The notes: a model not told the origin generated them from the sequence alone. Numbered from the stretch's first letter, positions 45,262 through 59,956 are shown. The stretch: DNA of 64,000 nt from Bispira polyomma (GCA_965649765.1 OZ287748.1:73842001-73906000); one strand, 5' to 3'. Numbers and translations: made by a program.

Positions 45262-48200
45262 TCCTGTGATCACTAATTGTAAGGGAGTATTTCCCACAGC
45301 AGAAAGTACTACTATAAGATCTGTCTGTCTTTAAATTTGCACACTTGTCTATAAAAACATTTACAATCAAGATGCTAATTTAAAGCACTTTCAGATCTTT
45401 TATCATATTTATAAAGTATGGATATTATCTTAAACACAAATCCTATAACAAAAAATCTGCACATTTTTGCCAAAGAATTTTGAATGCTACACAGGTAACG
45501 TCATAAATCTTACTATTTTTGGGTTAATTGATAGGTTCTTGATGAGTAAATGATTGCATTAATAGGTAATAGGAATCCTGTGCAGTGTGACAATTGTGGC
45601 AGTGGAGCATGGTGTTTAAGGACTTAATTAGGCGATATTCGACGCACATATATACATATTACCTGTTATTCTTTTACTTGATTTGTATCGAAATTTCATT
45701 TTAGTAGGTAGAAATCTTTCCTTGTATAAATAATCATTATATCAACCAACATGCAGTGGTAATGAGTTTACTAGGTTACTTAAAAACTTACAAAACTTGA
45801 GTTTAAAGTTTTTAGAACTTTTCTTGGTTTTAGAGCATTAATGAGCCATTTTAGCACTTGTCACATTCTCACTCTATCATCATTTCTATTCCTTAATACT
45901 GTCACCAAAACAAAAAGAGTCCCCAATATTGGAAAAAATAAAAAACCAAAAAAAGAAAAAAGTCATTTTCTAGAAAAAAAACATCTATGATTGCCACATG
46001 ATTTATTTAAAAAACTAATTAAAAATCTCTATCATTTTAATGACATGAATAAAATAAAACAAAAATAGAAGTCATTCACAGCAGTATGATGGGTATCATA
46101 TGTATATATTATAGCAATTTTGTGTGAGCATTGATTCCAAATCATCATGTCATGATTTTGGTATATATATATATATATATATGTATATACCCTTCCTACA
46201 TTTGACATATGTTTTCATATGTCTTAAAACAAACAAGTTCTGACAGTTTTTTTCTACTGACATTTAAAGAATAGGGAATATTTATTTTAATACTATCTCA
46301 CATATGTCCCCAAACCAAGAACTTAATATGTAACCTTTATACCACGCACTATTGTTAATACATAGTCATATTCACACACTGGAGTAAATCTTGACAGCCT
46401 CTTGAAATTAGCCACTATTTACCCTGCCATGGCTTTTAACCCCCTAGTTCTGTCCCCTCTAAAAACCCTTTTTCTTCTTAACATGTTAAAACCAAGAGAA
46501 GTAAGTAGCAAGTGTTTGGGGTTGGGGAGGGGGTTTAAGAATAGGGTCAGGGAACAGCTAAGAATTGAACTACTCTGCATGTCCATTAGAAGCTGTCCAG
46601 AAGTTTGACAACTACATGCAATCTGTCCAAGAGCAAAGTTGTGTGTCACCTCTGACCACTTAATCGCACCCCCTCCTCTGAAAAGGTGTCTTGGCACATA
46701 TGAATATGGAGAAAAAAATAAATACTGAAAAGTGTGAAACTCCATCAGAATAAACCAAAACAAAAACACAAATCAGCTGTTCAGATACTGTAGACTAAAA
46801 CTTTCCTTTGAACTTTCAAATTTGATACGATTATTTCAGAAAAACAATATTTTGGACTAGAAATTGGTCACATTAGAAGAAAACAAAATTGTGCTGTAAT
46901 AGCAGATTTTAACCTTTGAAATACAGTAGAACCTCTATTACCCAAACTTCTAATATGATTTATTTTGGTACAAGTAAATGTAGGTCGTAACTACCTTTGT
47001 TGGGCAACTTGTGGATTTAAACTATGTCAGCAATATAATACAGTAAGACTCTGAAAAAGTATAAATATTCACAAGATTTGGTTCTACTTAGTCTAAGACT
47101 GCAGCCATGTAGAACATATCGCTGAAGCTGACGATTCTTGTGCAGTACTGGGCTATGAACCATTAACAATAACTTCTACTGCCTTATTTAAAACTATTAT
47201 TTTTTGAAAGTTAGGATGAGAAAATTAGTTCTAGGTTTTGAGAACTTATACTGATTTTAATTAAAGAGAGTCTACAGCAAAGGATAGTACATATATATTA
47301 TAGTTTTCTAAAAAGGTGTCAAGTTCTCTCAAAGGAAGATTCAATATCAATACAAAATTGATCATATTTATAGATCAGAGTATCAATAGATGGGATATAA
47401 AAAAAACATTGACCTAGAGTATACAAATCGAATACATGCAGTATTACACATGTATAAGGTAGCTCAAAAATCTTTAGCAAAAACAACATATGGTTTTTTT
47501 TAAAGTTCTTGTGAAAAAACTTGCCATTATCAACACATTTTAGAGCCATTAAACCCAGCAGACCTATTATGGCAGAAACTGAGTGCAACACAGTGATTAT
47601 AAAATATAATTGCCATGAGAGTGTTGGCACATTTTCTTTTGTCAGATTTTTCTCCAATATCACATGGCAAGTGAGTTTAATGACTCACCTCCTACCACCC
47701 ATTTGTATCTGCCATTAGACTGACTTAACTAGTTAATGACACATTTCAATTAGATTTCATTTTGGAAGGAAAAAGACAAACACAGTTTTCATGAAAATTG
47801 TAGGCTTGCAATAAAATTGTACAATATTCTGCCAAGTGTTTTATAGAGTTGGGGGGGACTCCATCGGTGGTATATTTAAGAGTGGGTGTCTATAGTAAAC
47901 TACAGTAATTGCTACTCGGTAATTAGGATGATGCACTAAGTGAATACTAAAACTATTACAAGAAAAAAAGAGATTGAAATTTTAGCATGTAACTAGTTAT
48001 ATATAAATATATTTAAATAAATCTAAATTTGAATCACTAAATTGTCCTGCTATTTACACATAATTAAGTCTTTATTTTGCTATTATAAATTCATCTAATG
48101 TTTGTTATCGCAGGTCTAAAACAGACCATTAATGTAATGTATTAGCTTCTACTGCACAATATACTCTGTAAACAATCTCCAAGGCAACACATCCAGAGCA

Positions 48201-48696
48201 CTAGCCAAGACTAGTTAAGTCCCCGGTTGGTTGCAACATTCATATACATATAAGATATCTACATGAAATAGACCTGTATTATCCCAAGATTTGGTCCTGA
48301 TAATAAAATGTTCATATACTAGAACAGACATTTCTATATAAACAACAGGAAAATTTAAAATTGGGGGAAGTGAAAATGTGCTTGGATAATCAAATTTTGG
48401 ATCCTAGAGGTTTTACCGTTCTATTCTTGAAGTACACTTCTAGTAAACTCACAGCTAGGCACAGCTAATGTGTGCTCACATCGTTCTATCCCGTAATCTT
48501 TAAAGGTCACAAGAGTCTGTTAACTAGAAGTCGAGTGGTACCTCTTCTAGTTCCTAGTAGTTCTACCCGACATATGTTCTCTTTATTTCCATATACAAAG
48601 TAATTTAACATCATCTCCATCTTGGGTTGAATGGCAGTTTGAGCACAAGTACCTGTTGCCAATCAAGGGCCCTGATACTTTAATTTCTATGAAATA

Positions 48697-48885
48697 CAAT
48701 AGAGCCTCTATCATTCGAACACCTTGGAAAAATGACAATCTGTCCAGATAATTGAATATGCATAAAACAGAGAAGAAATTTTAGTATAAAACAACAGGTA
48801 TACAGATATGAAAGTGGGAAAATGATATTTAGTTCATAAATTAAATATTGGGATAATAGAAGTTCAGATAATAGAGTTTCTACTG
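48697..48885. mobile_element. MITE family B copy
   Basis: ta|CAATAGAGCCTCTATCATTCGAAC ... GTTCAGATAATAGAGTTTCTACTG|tg. The TIR pair is evident, in opposite orientation to the 53690 and 60441 copies. Confidence 0.7.
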
Positions 48886-50112
48886 TGCCATATCGGCAGT
48901 AGTTCCAGTAGACGTTTCTTTTATCTGTCCTATTTAGTGGCAGTCTGTGTGTGACCCTGAGGAGATCCAGTGAACATGCAACCAGAGGGCTGTAAATCTT
49001 CTCACTTTCATTGACTCTGAGTGGAGAATATTAGTGTAAATATGGCTAAATTACTGATCAAATGAGATTCATTTTTCAAGAACAGTTCCCCTTCATCAGG
49101 CCTGAGAAAATCTGGTTATCTCCCTGGATGTGAGCAGGTCAAACTAAATGACAAATGATCACTTGGTATGCTTATCGCATTCTCCGCCGCCCCACAAACA
49201 AATTACTGCACTGTAATGGGGCCAAAATTGAGAAGTTGTCTGCACACGGTAGCTTTTAAATTACACAATGAGGGTGTCCTTAAAAAGATATCTGTAGGGA
49301 CAGTTGGAAGCTACTTTTACATCAATCTTGGATAATAGCACATTAGGATTCAAATTATCATTTTTAGATGGTTAAGATAGTAGAACGTGCATTACAGCTT
49401 TCTACAGTTTCCCCATAGTTACAAAATAACTACCATCTCTGGGTTGTCTAAAAGGAGGAGTGTTTGTGCTACATTTTACCAACTAAAGATCTTTGCGAAC
49501 TACTAATAGGCAAGTACGTATGCAAAGTCACTGTGCTTTTATATATAGTCACATTATTATAACATTGTATACAATATATATGTACTTCTCAAAATTGTTT
49601 TGCATAGCAAATATATATTGCGAGTGAAAATTAGAACATTTTCTATTTCAACAAGCTCTCCTTGCCAGTGGCACATGCTCGCATCAAATAAAATATTTCC
49701 TATAAAGTCTTAAGTTTCTCAAAATTTAACAAGCCTGGTTGGTAACTGCAGAGAGTATAGACTCTTTCAGTGCTCATGGTAAATATACAGATGATATAAA
49801 GAAAGCAGACCTCTTTAAAGGGCCAGTCTGACTACAACTCCTGCAGATGCAGAGACAGAAATTGCCTTACAGAAAGATGGTTTGCATTGCAAGCCTGGAT
49901 TAGGCCATTGCCTCAAATTACCTAAATATCCCAAAGTTATAGCCTAGTCATGATATACAGGTGAACCTCTTATAGTAGAATGCTTTTTCTTTCATATGTA
50001 GAGAAACAAAGTCTCACAAGGACACTTTAATCTCCTAAATTTATATTTTTCCTATAGCTTAATATACTAAAATACCTTTTATTTTATGAACCATCTATTT
50101 GTAAAAAAAGGT

Positions 50113-50521
50113 ACTGCTTGTACCTTTTTCTCCCTAATTGATTTTGTTGAAACCCACAACAAAAACCCAAACAACACCTTGCTGTACCGTATATATATAT
50201 GTAAGGGCTTAATAGACATGGTTTTACTGTATTTTCATTATACTGCTCTATGACCTTAGTGCATGTTGAATACACTTAAACATACAAGATTTACAGTTGG
50301 GCTTTTACTAATTTCAATTCACAAAGGTAAAAATTAACCTGCTCTTGAAGAGCAGCTCAAAGATATATTACCACCCTCTAAAGAGAAAACTTTTCTAATT
50401 AAACAAATTTATCTGTACAACTCGCTACAGACTCCCATGGATAAATGTAACAAAACCACACAGAAGTGACTTTGTTGTGGGTTTCAACAAAATCAATCAG
50501 GGAGAAAAAGGTACAAGCAGT
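50113..50521. repeat. 51-bp inverted repeat pair (50113-50163 / 50471-50521) enclosing the second copy of the 200-bp duplication
   Basis: ACTGCTTGTACCTTTTTCTCCCTAATTGATTTTGTTGAAACCCACAACAAA matches the reverse complement of 50471-50521 with one mismatch. Confidence 0.9.
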
Positions 50522-51727
50522 GCTCATGCATTTCATGTCATAGGACTATCTCCTACTGGGTGTGTGTGTCTTACCACATGAAACATCTCAGTGCCACTTA
50601 TCTCTGAAAAAACTACTGAAGCTAAGGTGTGTGCTTAAACTGGATGAAGTGCTCTTTCACCTTTTGGCACACTTTCTAGACTACTGGCTTTTAAAAGCGG
50701 AAGCTAAAAAAACTTAAAGACCAATGATGAGATATAGAATTCCACTAAGTTTTTTTCGGAAATTGCAAATATTATGCCTTTATAAATTTATTTGTTATGG
50801 TTTTGGATAAGGTAAAACCTTTGTCACATCTTTAAGATGCTACACAATGTCACAGTGGTGTGTGTGGTTTTTTTGTTAAGGTTTCTCCAAGGTTTCCCGC
50901 TCATGCCACACCGGCCTCACCCCTCTATGTCTTGTTCTAATGAAGTGAAGACATAAGGTGCCCGGTCACCAACATCACACACTGATCTTCATAATGGCAA
51001 GAAATAACAGGGTCAATGTAGCAACACAACTGCAGAACACTCCTTCTCCTCCCCCTTAACCTATAGCTTCCCCCCTGTTATGAGTTGGCCACTGGGGCGT
51101 GCATGCTGTATAAAAACTAAAGGGGTGGGAAAGGTGGCATTTTAATGAGACTTGAATACAGCTCTGGTAATGTGATCTAGTCCGCTAGACTCCACTGAAG
51201 CAGTACTTCAGGATTTAGCAGGGCCATTGTGGAACAATATTGCAGCTATAACATGCAGCATTATCAGGTTATTATTTGCATCTCTATTGTTTGGACGAAA
51301 CAGGAGTATGAAATTGGGGGAAGTGTCACAAGGCAGGCTACTTTCTCAACCGATCATTAATCATCTTGTTATTCCCCCTGATTGTAGGTCCATCACCCGC
51401 CCTCATTTAAAGGTGCACTTTTGCCTATAACCCTCCCTGTATCCTCTTCACCAAGACCTGAGATTCCCTGTGCTATATAAATAGCTTTGTTCTAAAAGCA
51501 TTGCAATGCTCTATGCTGCAAAGTCTCCAACTCAGCTTAAAATGATGACAATTGTCATGTATAAATGACCATAACTAAAGCATGCAATGATTCTTTTTAA
51601 TAGGATACATATATAATATTAAGCTAGCTTGCCAATGCAATGTCTTATCCTTCTAGCCTTATTAAAGACTCGTAACGTATTAGCTAAGATAGTGTAAGTC
51701 TGAGTTAAGGTATTGTAAAATGCAATC

Positions 51728-52000
51728 CCTGGGCTTGTGATCTACTCAGCTCAAACTCATACTCACCTCAAATCTGTATTTTTCTATAATCAATCTAAAA
51801 TCTGACTTAATGTTTGAATCTGGATTCTCTATAACCAATCTAGAATCTGACTTCATAATTAACTTCAGTGTTGAAAGCTCTATTAAAATGAATGGTCACA
51901 AGTAAAGGTTATTTTTATGTGTACAACAATTTCCACATGGCCTATATTTGAGTTGAGTATGAATTTAAGCACAAGTTTATTTCCAGAATTCCAGCCCAGG
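51728..52000. mobile_element. MITE family A copy, reverse orientation
   Basis: Ends CCTGGGC ... GCCCAGG. Core TTGAAAGCTCTATTAAAATGAATGGTCACAAGTAAAGGTTATTT, with an internal duplication of TCTATAA.CAATCTA.AATCTGACTT. Confidence 0.65.
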
Positions 52001-52331
52001 TGTGCACTTAGACTTTCACTAAAACCACTCTTTCTTCTTCTTCCACTACTACATCCACCCTGATTTTTTTCATCCTCCTCTTTATAAATGTCCCCCTCTT
52101 TTCGTGCTATGTGTCTCCTGTATTATTGCCAGCAGTGTACCAACACACAAGAAGGGATGCTGCAGTTTTGCTGCTTGAGATTTGGGTTACACAAGCAAAA
52201 GTGAGTCCTTCCCAAAACACAAGTGGTGGGGCGGGGGGTTTATATAGACTGGCACATGCACAGTGAGATGTGAGAGGTAAAACCTAAGACAGGCAGAGGG
52301 GCAGGAATCATGCAAACCTTAGCAGGATATC

Positions 52332-52595
52332 TGTGACATCTAATGTGTCAACAGCAAACTCTATAATACTGTGTCACCACTGGGAGACCTAACAGAAACA
52401 AAAAACAAATGGACGAAAAAAATTTATGCTCATAAAAAATTTGTGACATCACAATGTGTAAAACATAAACATGAAGTCTGTACTTGGTGTGTCAACAGAA
52501 AACTATATATGTATTTTATCACTGGGAGACCTAAGAGAAACAATAGCAGGATAAAAAAACTTCCAGGCCCCCAAAAAAATTGTGACAGCATAATG
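52332..52595. repeat. Degenerate tandem duplication, period about 140 bp
   Basis: CACTGGGAGACCTAA at 52378 and 52520, TGTGTCAACAG at 52344 and 52488, and TGTGACA at 52332, 52442 and 52581. Confidence 0.6.
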
Positions 52596-53689
52596 CGCAG
52601 CACATGGGGATGAGGTTTTCACTTGTCAAATTTAGGTTAAAATTTAATTTTTATCAATAAAAATACTTTTTTTCCAGGTTTGTTTACAGATTGACAATAG
52701 ACACTAATATATTTTTGTCCTCCTGAGTACAAAATATATATTGGCTATAAAAAGTAAGAGTTAGCATTGGCCATTAGTAGTCAGCAAAATGGAAACGGGG
52801 GCTTAATAGTCCTTCTTAAGCAGTGTCAATACTTGCAGATTTAAAAATATTAAGCCACAGTTTACTTTCCTTTACAATGTTTCTCCAGAAATTACAGTAA
52901 ATGTATTCAAAACACCAAGGTTTCAATCTGTTAAGTTGAAAGTTCAACTAAGTGCAAGCACATTAGGTTTTTGTTCCAGAATAGATAAATTTAGAAGAAG
53001 AAGACAGGGGAAGAAGAAAAAACTTGCCAGAATACAAACTGCTGCAGAATAGCAATAGAAACTGTCAAAGTCCCTAACAATACAGCACTGCTTCATAAAT
53101 AATGAATGGAGAAAACCCCCTCAGATAACAATTAGCACACATTTCTACACCAGGTTGGTTGGTGGTAGCAGTCATTTTCTTGCCATCTCATTTACCAGGG
53201 CAATAACCAAAAACTACACACAAATAAACAAGTCAGTTCACACAGTTGTTCTGTAAATATCCAGAGGGAAAATCCAAGTGAACTTTTCATTGTAATCAAG
53301 TGTTCCTACCCCTATGTGGGCCGTAGGGGCTTTGATGTGAATTCTCTGGGCAGGCTACTTATGACAATGAATGCAGGGAAAGGTGACAGAGTTAGTTTAG
53401 CTAATGTGCCAGGGATGGCTGTTGCGGGAGGGTGTCATATTCATCTTCCTGAAAACCTGTTGTGATATTGTGTTTTTTTCTACTACTGTTCAGTATGACT
53501 TGTACTCTCCATGTTTTAAAGACATCACAAAATATAGGGATATTGAAGTATTATGCATGAACAGTGTTTTTTTTAGAATTTTAGGGTTACTGAAACACCA
53601 TTTTTTAAATATATATAACAAAGTAAACAAGTAATACTGTGTACATAAGAACCTAATGATGGCCTGTAAACTATTAAGTCCTACAAATA

Positions 53690-53875
53690 AAGTAAAACCT
53701 CTATAAACCATACTTCTATTGTCCAAATATTTAATTTTATGAACTCATTTCCACTATCCCAAGTTATGTTTTCCCACTGTTATGTACAGAAATGCCTCTT
53801 CCATTTTATGAACTTACTATTATCCAAACAAAACCTTCTTCCTCCCAACGTATTTGGATCATAGACATTCTACTG
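53690..53875. mobile_element. MITE family B copy
   Basis: ta|AAGTAAAACCTCTATAAACC ... TTTGGATCATAGACATTCTACTG|ta. The internal sequence is colinear with the 60441 copy. Confidence 0.65.
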
Positions 53876-56800
53876 TATTACAAAACTTTCGTCATTTTGG
53901 TCCCTTTGCAGGGCTCCATATTATACAGTAATTTCAGCTTCTCCCATCGAATTGAGCTTTAATACACTAGTATTGTATATTGGAATGACACCACTGTAAT
54001 ATGCTGTATATATAACCTGGAGTTATATCATCCACGAACAGTCAAGTAGACTTTTTTGACTTGGAGGTAAAGAGACAGTTCCACTAAGGTATTTTATTTT
54101 AAAACTCTGGCATCTTTTGTAAATGGAAATCCTGATTAAAGAAGAGGCATTTCATTCTTGTTCCTTGAGATTCAATGTGAAGTACTTTAACTGTATTTAA
54201 GCTTACAAATTCATGTTTATTGTCTGAATTTATTACCCTTGTTGTATTGTACTTAAGTTTTCAAAAATCCTCCCTAAAAATTACACTAGTCCATGGTGTT
54301 TCAATAACAGAAATTCTATGTTATTATAAAGTCCCAGAAAAGAAAATTTAATGAAAAGGTATTGTTTTTATACATAAAAACATTGCCACAAAACAACATT
54401 AAATCACATTGAAGGAAATTTTACAAGAATACAACATTGTCCGTTCATAAAAAGTACGATCTTTACCATTTTCAGGGGCAAATGGAAATATTTTCTAATG
54501 ACATGCAAAACCATACTAGCATTCTGTTGCAAAAACAAATACATTGCGGAACATAAGAAGTACAAACACACTATTCCTCTTTCTCCCCAAAAACTTTACC
54601 AGTGCTTGCCTTCATAAAAAGGCCCTAATCCCAGCAAGCAGCAGACAGGATTCTACTTGTGACAGCATGGGAAGGTTTTGCTTCATAAACTACTACCCAT
54701 AGGAAAATAACATGGAATTGGGGAGTAGAAAACTGTCAGAACTCAGAGCTTGAACTTTTGGTTTCATGTAAGCAACTCAACGAAAGAGGACTCACGGGAA
54801 GTCTTAATGAAGCATTAGTAGTCAGTGAAATGTCCCTTCTGGCAAGGCACCGGGTCAAAAAAAAAAACACTTACGGATGCAGAGGCATAAATTGGAAGAA
54901 ATCCTTTCGGTCTGAAAACATGCATGTCTGAATGGGGTAGAGTTTTTTTTTAACTTCTCTTGCAGAATTTATCTTATCTACACAAAAGAGTGACACACAG
55001 GATCCTAAAGTACACAAAGAAACATAGTGGCTATATATCTAAAATAAATTCTAATGTACTATTGTTCAGCAATACGCTGTACTCAATAGTTCCTATAATT
55101 GCCTCCACCAAGAAGGTAAATTTCATCCGTGGCTTTCAGTTGCTTGGTTTGTTTATCACCAGGAATACTTGTCAAACTATTGAAGAGATTTACATAAAGT
55201 TTGGTGGATGGATAGCATAAGAGCCAGGGAAAAGAAAAAACAATTTTATTTGGATCCAGGTAGAACGATAGATCCAGAAACATTATATTCCCTAAAGGGC
55301 ATTGTTTACTATTAAAAGGTGCCTTTCAAAAAGTTTATTTCCAGTTAATTTTTCACTGTAATGTCACTTTTAAAAGAAGCGGAATTCTACTGAAAGTCCT
55401 GCCAACAATTAATGCTACTGTCCTGTGTTAAAAGAAGAAACTGTGATTCCTGATAACTATAGCAATTAATTTATGTGTAATCATTTTAATCATGGCCCGA
55501 ATCAACACTTAAATAATTGACACAAACTTAACTCTGCATTAACTTATAATGTTTCTTAACCTTACTGTAACTACTACCTACACGGGTGTAGTAAATTACA
55601 AACAAAGCCTGTTTTTCAGTTTTTCACGCTTTTGAATACAAATCAAAATGCCAGGAAATTCGATCAGTTTAAAGACACTGAAATATGACACAATAAAAAG
55701 AACTGTCAGCTTTATTTAGTTGACTGCCATGAAGTTCTATCCCATTACACCTCCATATATCTTAATACCCATGACTGCAGTGCCATTCAAAGCTCCATTT
55801 ACAAAAATAATCAGGTGAATCTCCCTTTCCCCGTAGTTTTCTCATTAATAGCCCCTTCTCTCTATATGGAGGTAACAAGCAGCATCTTTCATAAAGAACC
55901 ACTGGTGACAATGATTTACAGCTAGATGATTCTTTGAGTGTTGTTACCATTATATTGTCTTTTGGTATCAATTAAAAATCAAACCCTACCTTGGCATTAG
56001 TTTCAAGTGTGTGGGGGTGGGTGGGGGGGGGAACAAAATTCAGAGAGAGAAGAGAGAAAAAAGTCCTTGAAGCAGAAACAAATTAAACTGGCAATAATTG
56101 AAATATAACAATTCCTAATTGCTTACAGTTGATTACACTGCAAAATGTGAACTAGTACTGTTGTTGGGAGACAATGTACATGGCTTTTGCATTAGCTGTC
56201 ATTCTTGGACAGTAAGCATGAGGCATGGGCAAAAGGTGCCTTGATGACGGAAGACCCACCCCACCCCACCCCAGCCAGGCCTCCAATCTGTATCTCTTAC
56301 CCCAAAATAACAGAACTCAAATTTTTATTGTTCAAAATACACCATATTTGACCTATAAACATTTTGTGTTTTTTTCTGATATGTTTTGACATTTGTCACA
56401 CCATTAACCCATTCCTTTGAATAATACACCCTAATATTAATAGCACTCTTATTTCCATTATAAAACACATTTTAACAATATAAAACTTTAATAAATATCT
56501 AACACAAAACCCTCATTGACTTTGACTTTAAGTGAACCACTTAAAATAAATCCCAGTAGATTTTTGTTCCTGAGATGTGTGGTCAGAGAAATGATTTTCT
56601 AAAGGCACATGGCTAGCAAAAAACCTCATCAATTTCGGGATAATTTCACACAATTAAAAAGGCAGCAATTTCCTTCAGGGGAGTCTATTTCTCTCTGTAA
56701 AGTATTTTTCTGGCCGTGGCAGTGGGTTCTAGAGAATTCTTGTTGAATTTGTTACATGTTGCTACTTTTGACAGCAGCACCACTAGTTAGTTTTTCCCTC

Positions 56801-58679
56801 GACTCTTTTGTCTGATTTTTCAACAATAAAACTAAGAGAATGGAGCAGTCACAATGCATCATTGAACATGACAATCATTGTAAAATAACTATTATTAAAA
56901 CAGATTTTTAACCAGATAAGTTATTGTACTTTTAGTTTTTAGACAAAAGAAAGAATGCAAAGAAACAAGTAACAGGATTGAAAATAAATAAATTAATATT
57001 TGTTTTGAAGTGTTTTTAGACAGACTAAGTTTTTACAGCACTGAAATCATTAGTCTTCTTTGGTCTACAATTATTCTTTAATAAAAAAATCCATGTAATA
57101 CTTAAAGACATGACATCATTAACAGACTGATTCTAAATACTATTTGAAAAAAAAGAACAAACGGAGGATCTTAAAGCTAAGGCATGCTGGTTTTTAGGGG
57201 TTATAAAATAAAATACAATCTATTATGTAAGAACCTCCAATAAAAGCTCAGTGAGGCCATTTAACACCTCATGATAACTTGTATTTAAAAGTTAAACTGC
57301 TCACCCTACTACAAACAGGATCAAACAATAGTAACCAGGAAAATACCCTATGAATAGGTGTAGAAACTCAAGGAAACATTACATGGGGGGTTTTCAAGTA
57401 GATAAAAAGACAATTAATGAAATAAACTTGTAAAAAGAAAACTCAATTTAGACAAAGGGGTGGGATGGATAGTGGTGGTTTTCAAAAGGCACACCCAACT
57501 GAGGGTGCTAAATAGCCTACAAAGTCACCCATGTCTGTTTCTTCTGGCTAATTACCCTGTGTCAGTGCTATTTGCCTCTCAATCCATCAAGGTGACTTTG
57601 TTCTGTATAACTCAATTTTCTATAGTCCTCACTGGACTTAACTTTTAAAGAGCTACAACCTCCTCCCACCCTCACCACGCCTCCCTCGCAGTTTTAAAGA
57701 AGGTGGCCCGACTAAATCTGTGAGGTGTGTTAAGACCCTTGAACATTATTAAGTAATAGGATCAACTGTAACACCTAATATAAAAACGCCTCCTTTTAAA
57801 GGATACTTCAAGCTTCTTAAAGCTTAAATGGCACTGTGGTCTCTTGTAATACACAGATTTGATACATAACTCAATATTGTCACATATATAACATTGTGTT
57901 ACAGTGAGCACTCACTGACCAGTTATTTAATCGACCTTGCACAATCTTATTACTTCATACAGATTAATGTGTGTGTGAAGCCATATGGTGTGTACAATAG
58001 AACTCTGTGTAAGTAGAACCAGTGTAAGTCGAATTGCTCTGTAAAACTAAAACCAATGTCTGATTCCTCGTAAGAGTCAAAAATACTAGTTTTACATAAT
58101 TAGGTAGAAGTTAGCCCAAAGTTAAGAACCGAATCCTGTGGATAATGGGCCATTTGACCTGAACTGTACTGAAATGATTGAACAGAGCAATGCTCATTAT
58201 TTTTGCTATCTCTTGATAGACATTTTTACACAAAAATATCTACATTTTCTTTTTTTACAAATATTGTTTCAAAGGTCTTTTTGCCAAATCTTAGTGACTG
58301 ATAGGCAAGATGATAATTTTTATACATTTGATGCTGCAAGTTTTTTATATCTATGTACATGTGACTTTGAAGTATTTTGTATGTGTTTAAAAAACCTTAC
58401 TTATTCTAATATATAAGCTGAACTATTTATATCCAACACACATCTTTAGAAACATCAACTGACATAGAGTAGAACCTCTATTATCCGAAATCCTTGGGAG
58501 AGTGATAATATGTTTGGATAATAGAATATTCATTAATATAACAAACACTTTAGTATAAAACAATGAGAAAATTAAAATTTCGAAGAGTTAAAACTGAGAT
58601 CAGAAAAATCGAAGTACTCGTTAAAATACACAGTAAGTATTCAGTACTCAACTAAAGTTTTTTGCCCGATTTAAACAAA

Positions 58680-58836
58680 AAAGGCAAAGGTTTCCTCCTT
58701 GTCCCATGTCCTTAAGCCCTCCACAAATTTTATTCCAAATTGACTGAACAAATAAACTACCAAAAAGAAACCAAGCAACCAACAAGCAAACTTACTGACA
58801 CCAGCGCAAACATAACATCCTTGGTGGGGATAAAAA
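58680..58836 (-). mobile_element. Helentron-associated (HINE/DINE-1-like) element remnant
   Basis: Minus strand starts TTTTTATCCCCACCAAGGATGTTATGTTTG, followed by a degenerate (GTTT/GCTT/GGTT) tetranucleotide run, the typical HINE layout. Confidence 0.35.
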
Positions 58837-59956
58837 AGAAAGTATATATATTTTTTTTATTTTGAATAATAAATCAAAGTTATAAAACTTTAGCTAAATA
58901 ATGTCTCAGAAATGAACAGATTCTTTTAACAGACAAGACAAATCTTCTAACAAAGACTATAATACGGGCTAATGTCAGTACCTGACAATAATCTAGTCAT
59001 TTCCTTCAATCAAACTCAATAAACTATATATAATGCCACACGTACAGTGCGATATCTGTTTGTGTAGGTTTTTTTGAAAAACTCCCCACCCCCCCAAAAA
59101 AATTGAAAGGAAAAAAAATAGAAATTTATAACAAAAAAACCTATAATCAATTGGAAAATTTCCCACTGCTATTCATAGTTAAATTATCAGGAAGAAAAGG
59201 GGGGTAAGCATTATAAACCTATTATTTCTTTTCAAGCGCTTTACTGCACACACACATTTTTAATTGGCTCTAAATCAGGCAATCTCACAACTGTTTGGAT
59301 AGTATTCTTCTCTGTATAAGAACGTTTGTCCATATGGTCTTCCATTCCACAGTATACAGCTAGCTCCTACATTTCACAACACCTTTTCACTGGGTTTTTG
59401 AGTATAGCTTGCATGTTAACACCTCATCAGCACCTCCTGGGTTTTCCAATATATGTTAAAAAAAATGCTTACTAATTACCCTTGAAGAAATTGGCACCCT
59501 GCCCCCCAGTGAGGTGGCCTAAATATATAGTCCACAGCCTATAAGAAATATGGGCAAGGGCAGACAATATATATCTTTCTATCAACAACGATTCTGTATT
59601 CTTTCTGTCTCAACCCCTTTCTTTCTCTTTTGCGGCAGACCAAAAATAAAACCAAGGGACTGTCTTAAATAGACGTAGACCTGCCTATTTATTTCCACAC
59701 AATTTTACCTAATTAGATGATAGCTACTGCAAAATTTATTTTTAACCTTAGTCTTGGCATTTTGACTAATTTGAGAGAGCCCTCCTCCTCAGGATTCAAA
59801 TTCTGCCTACTGCATGCAATATGTACATTTTTATTGTTGGGTTGGAGTGGATGGGAATGGATCATTTATTCTCTTAATTCTGAACTCCATTATTGAAGGT
59901 AAGAGACATTGGCTGATAATAAAACTGGTAGATTCAAAATATAATGGGAATCTAAG

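Noticed and set aside
50860-51000. Possible additional SINE fragment (GGTTTCTCCAAGGTTTCCCGCTCATGCCACAC...)
   Set aside because: Too short and degenerate, with no second copy in the window to support it.
52022-52060. Minus-strand SGRRRKS segment as AHR exon 1
   Set aside because: There is no phase-2 donor in an open frame and no YA motif. The true exon 1 at 41301-41261 fits far better.
52332-52595. CRISPR-like repeat-spacer array
   Set aside because: There are only about two degenerate units, the context is eukaryotic, and there are no cas genes or regular unique spacers.
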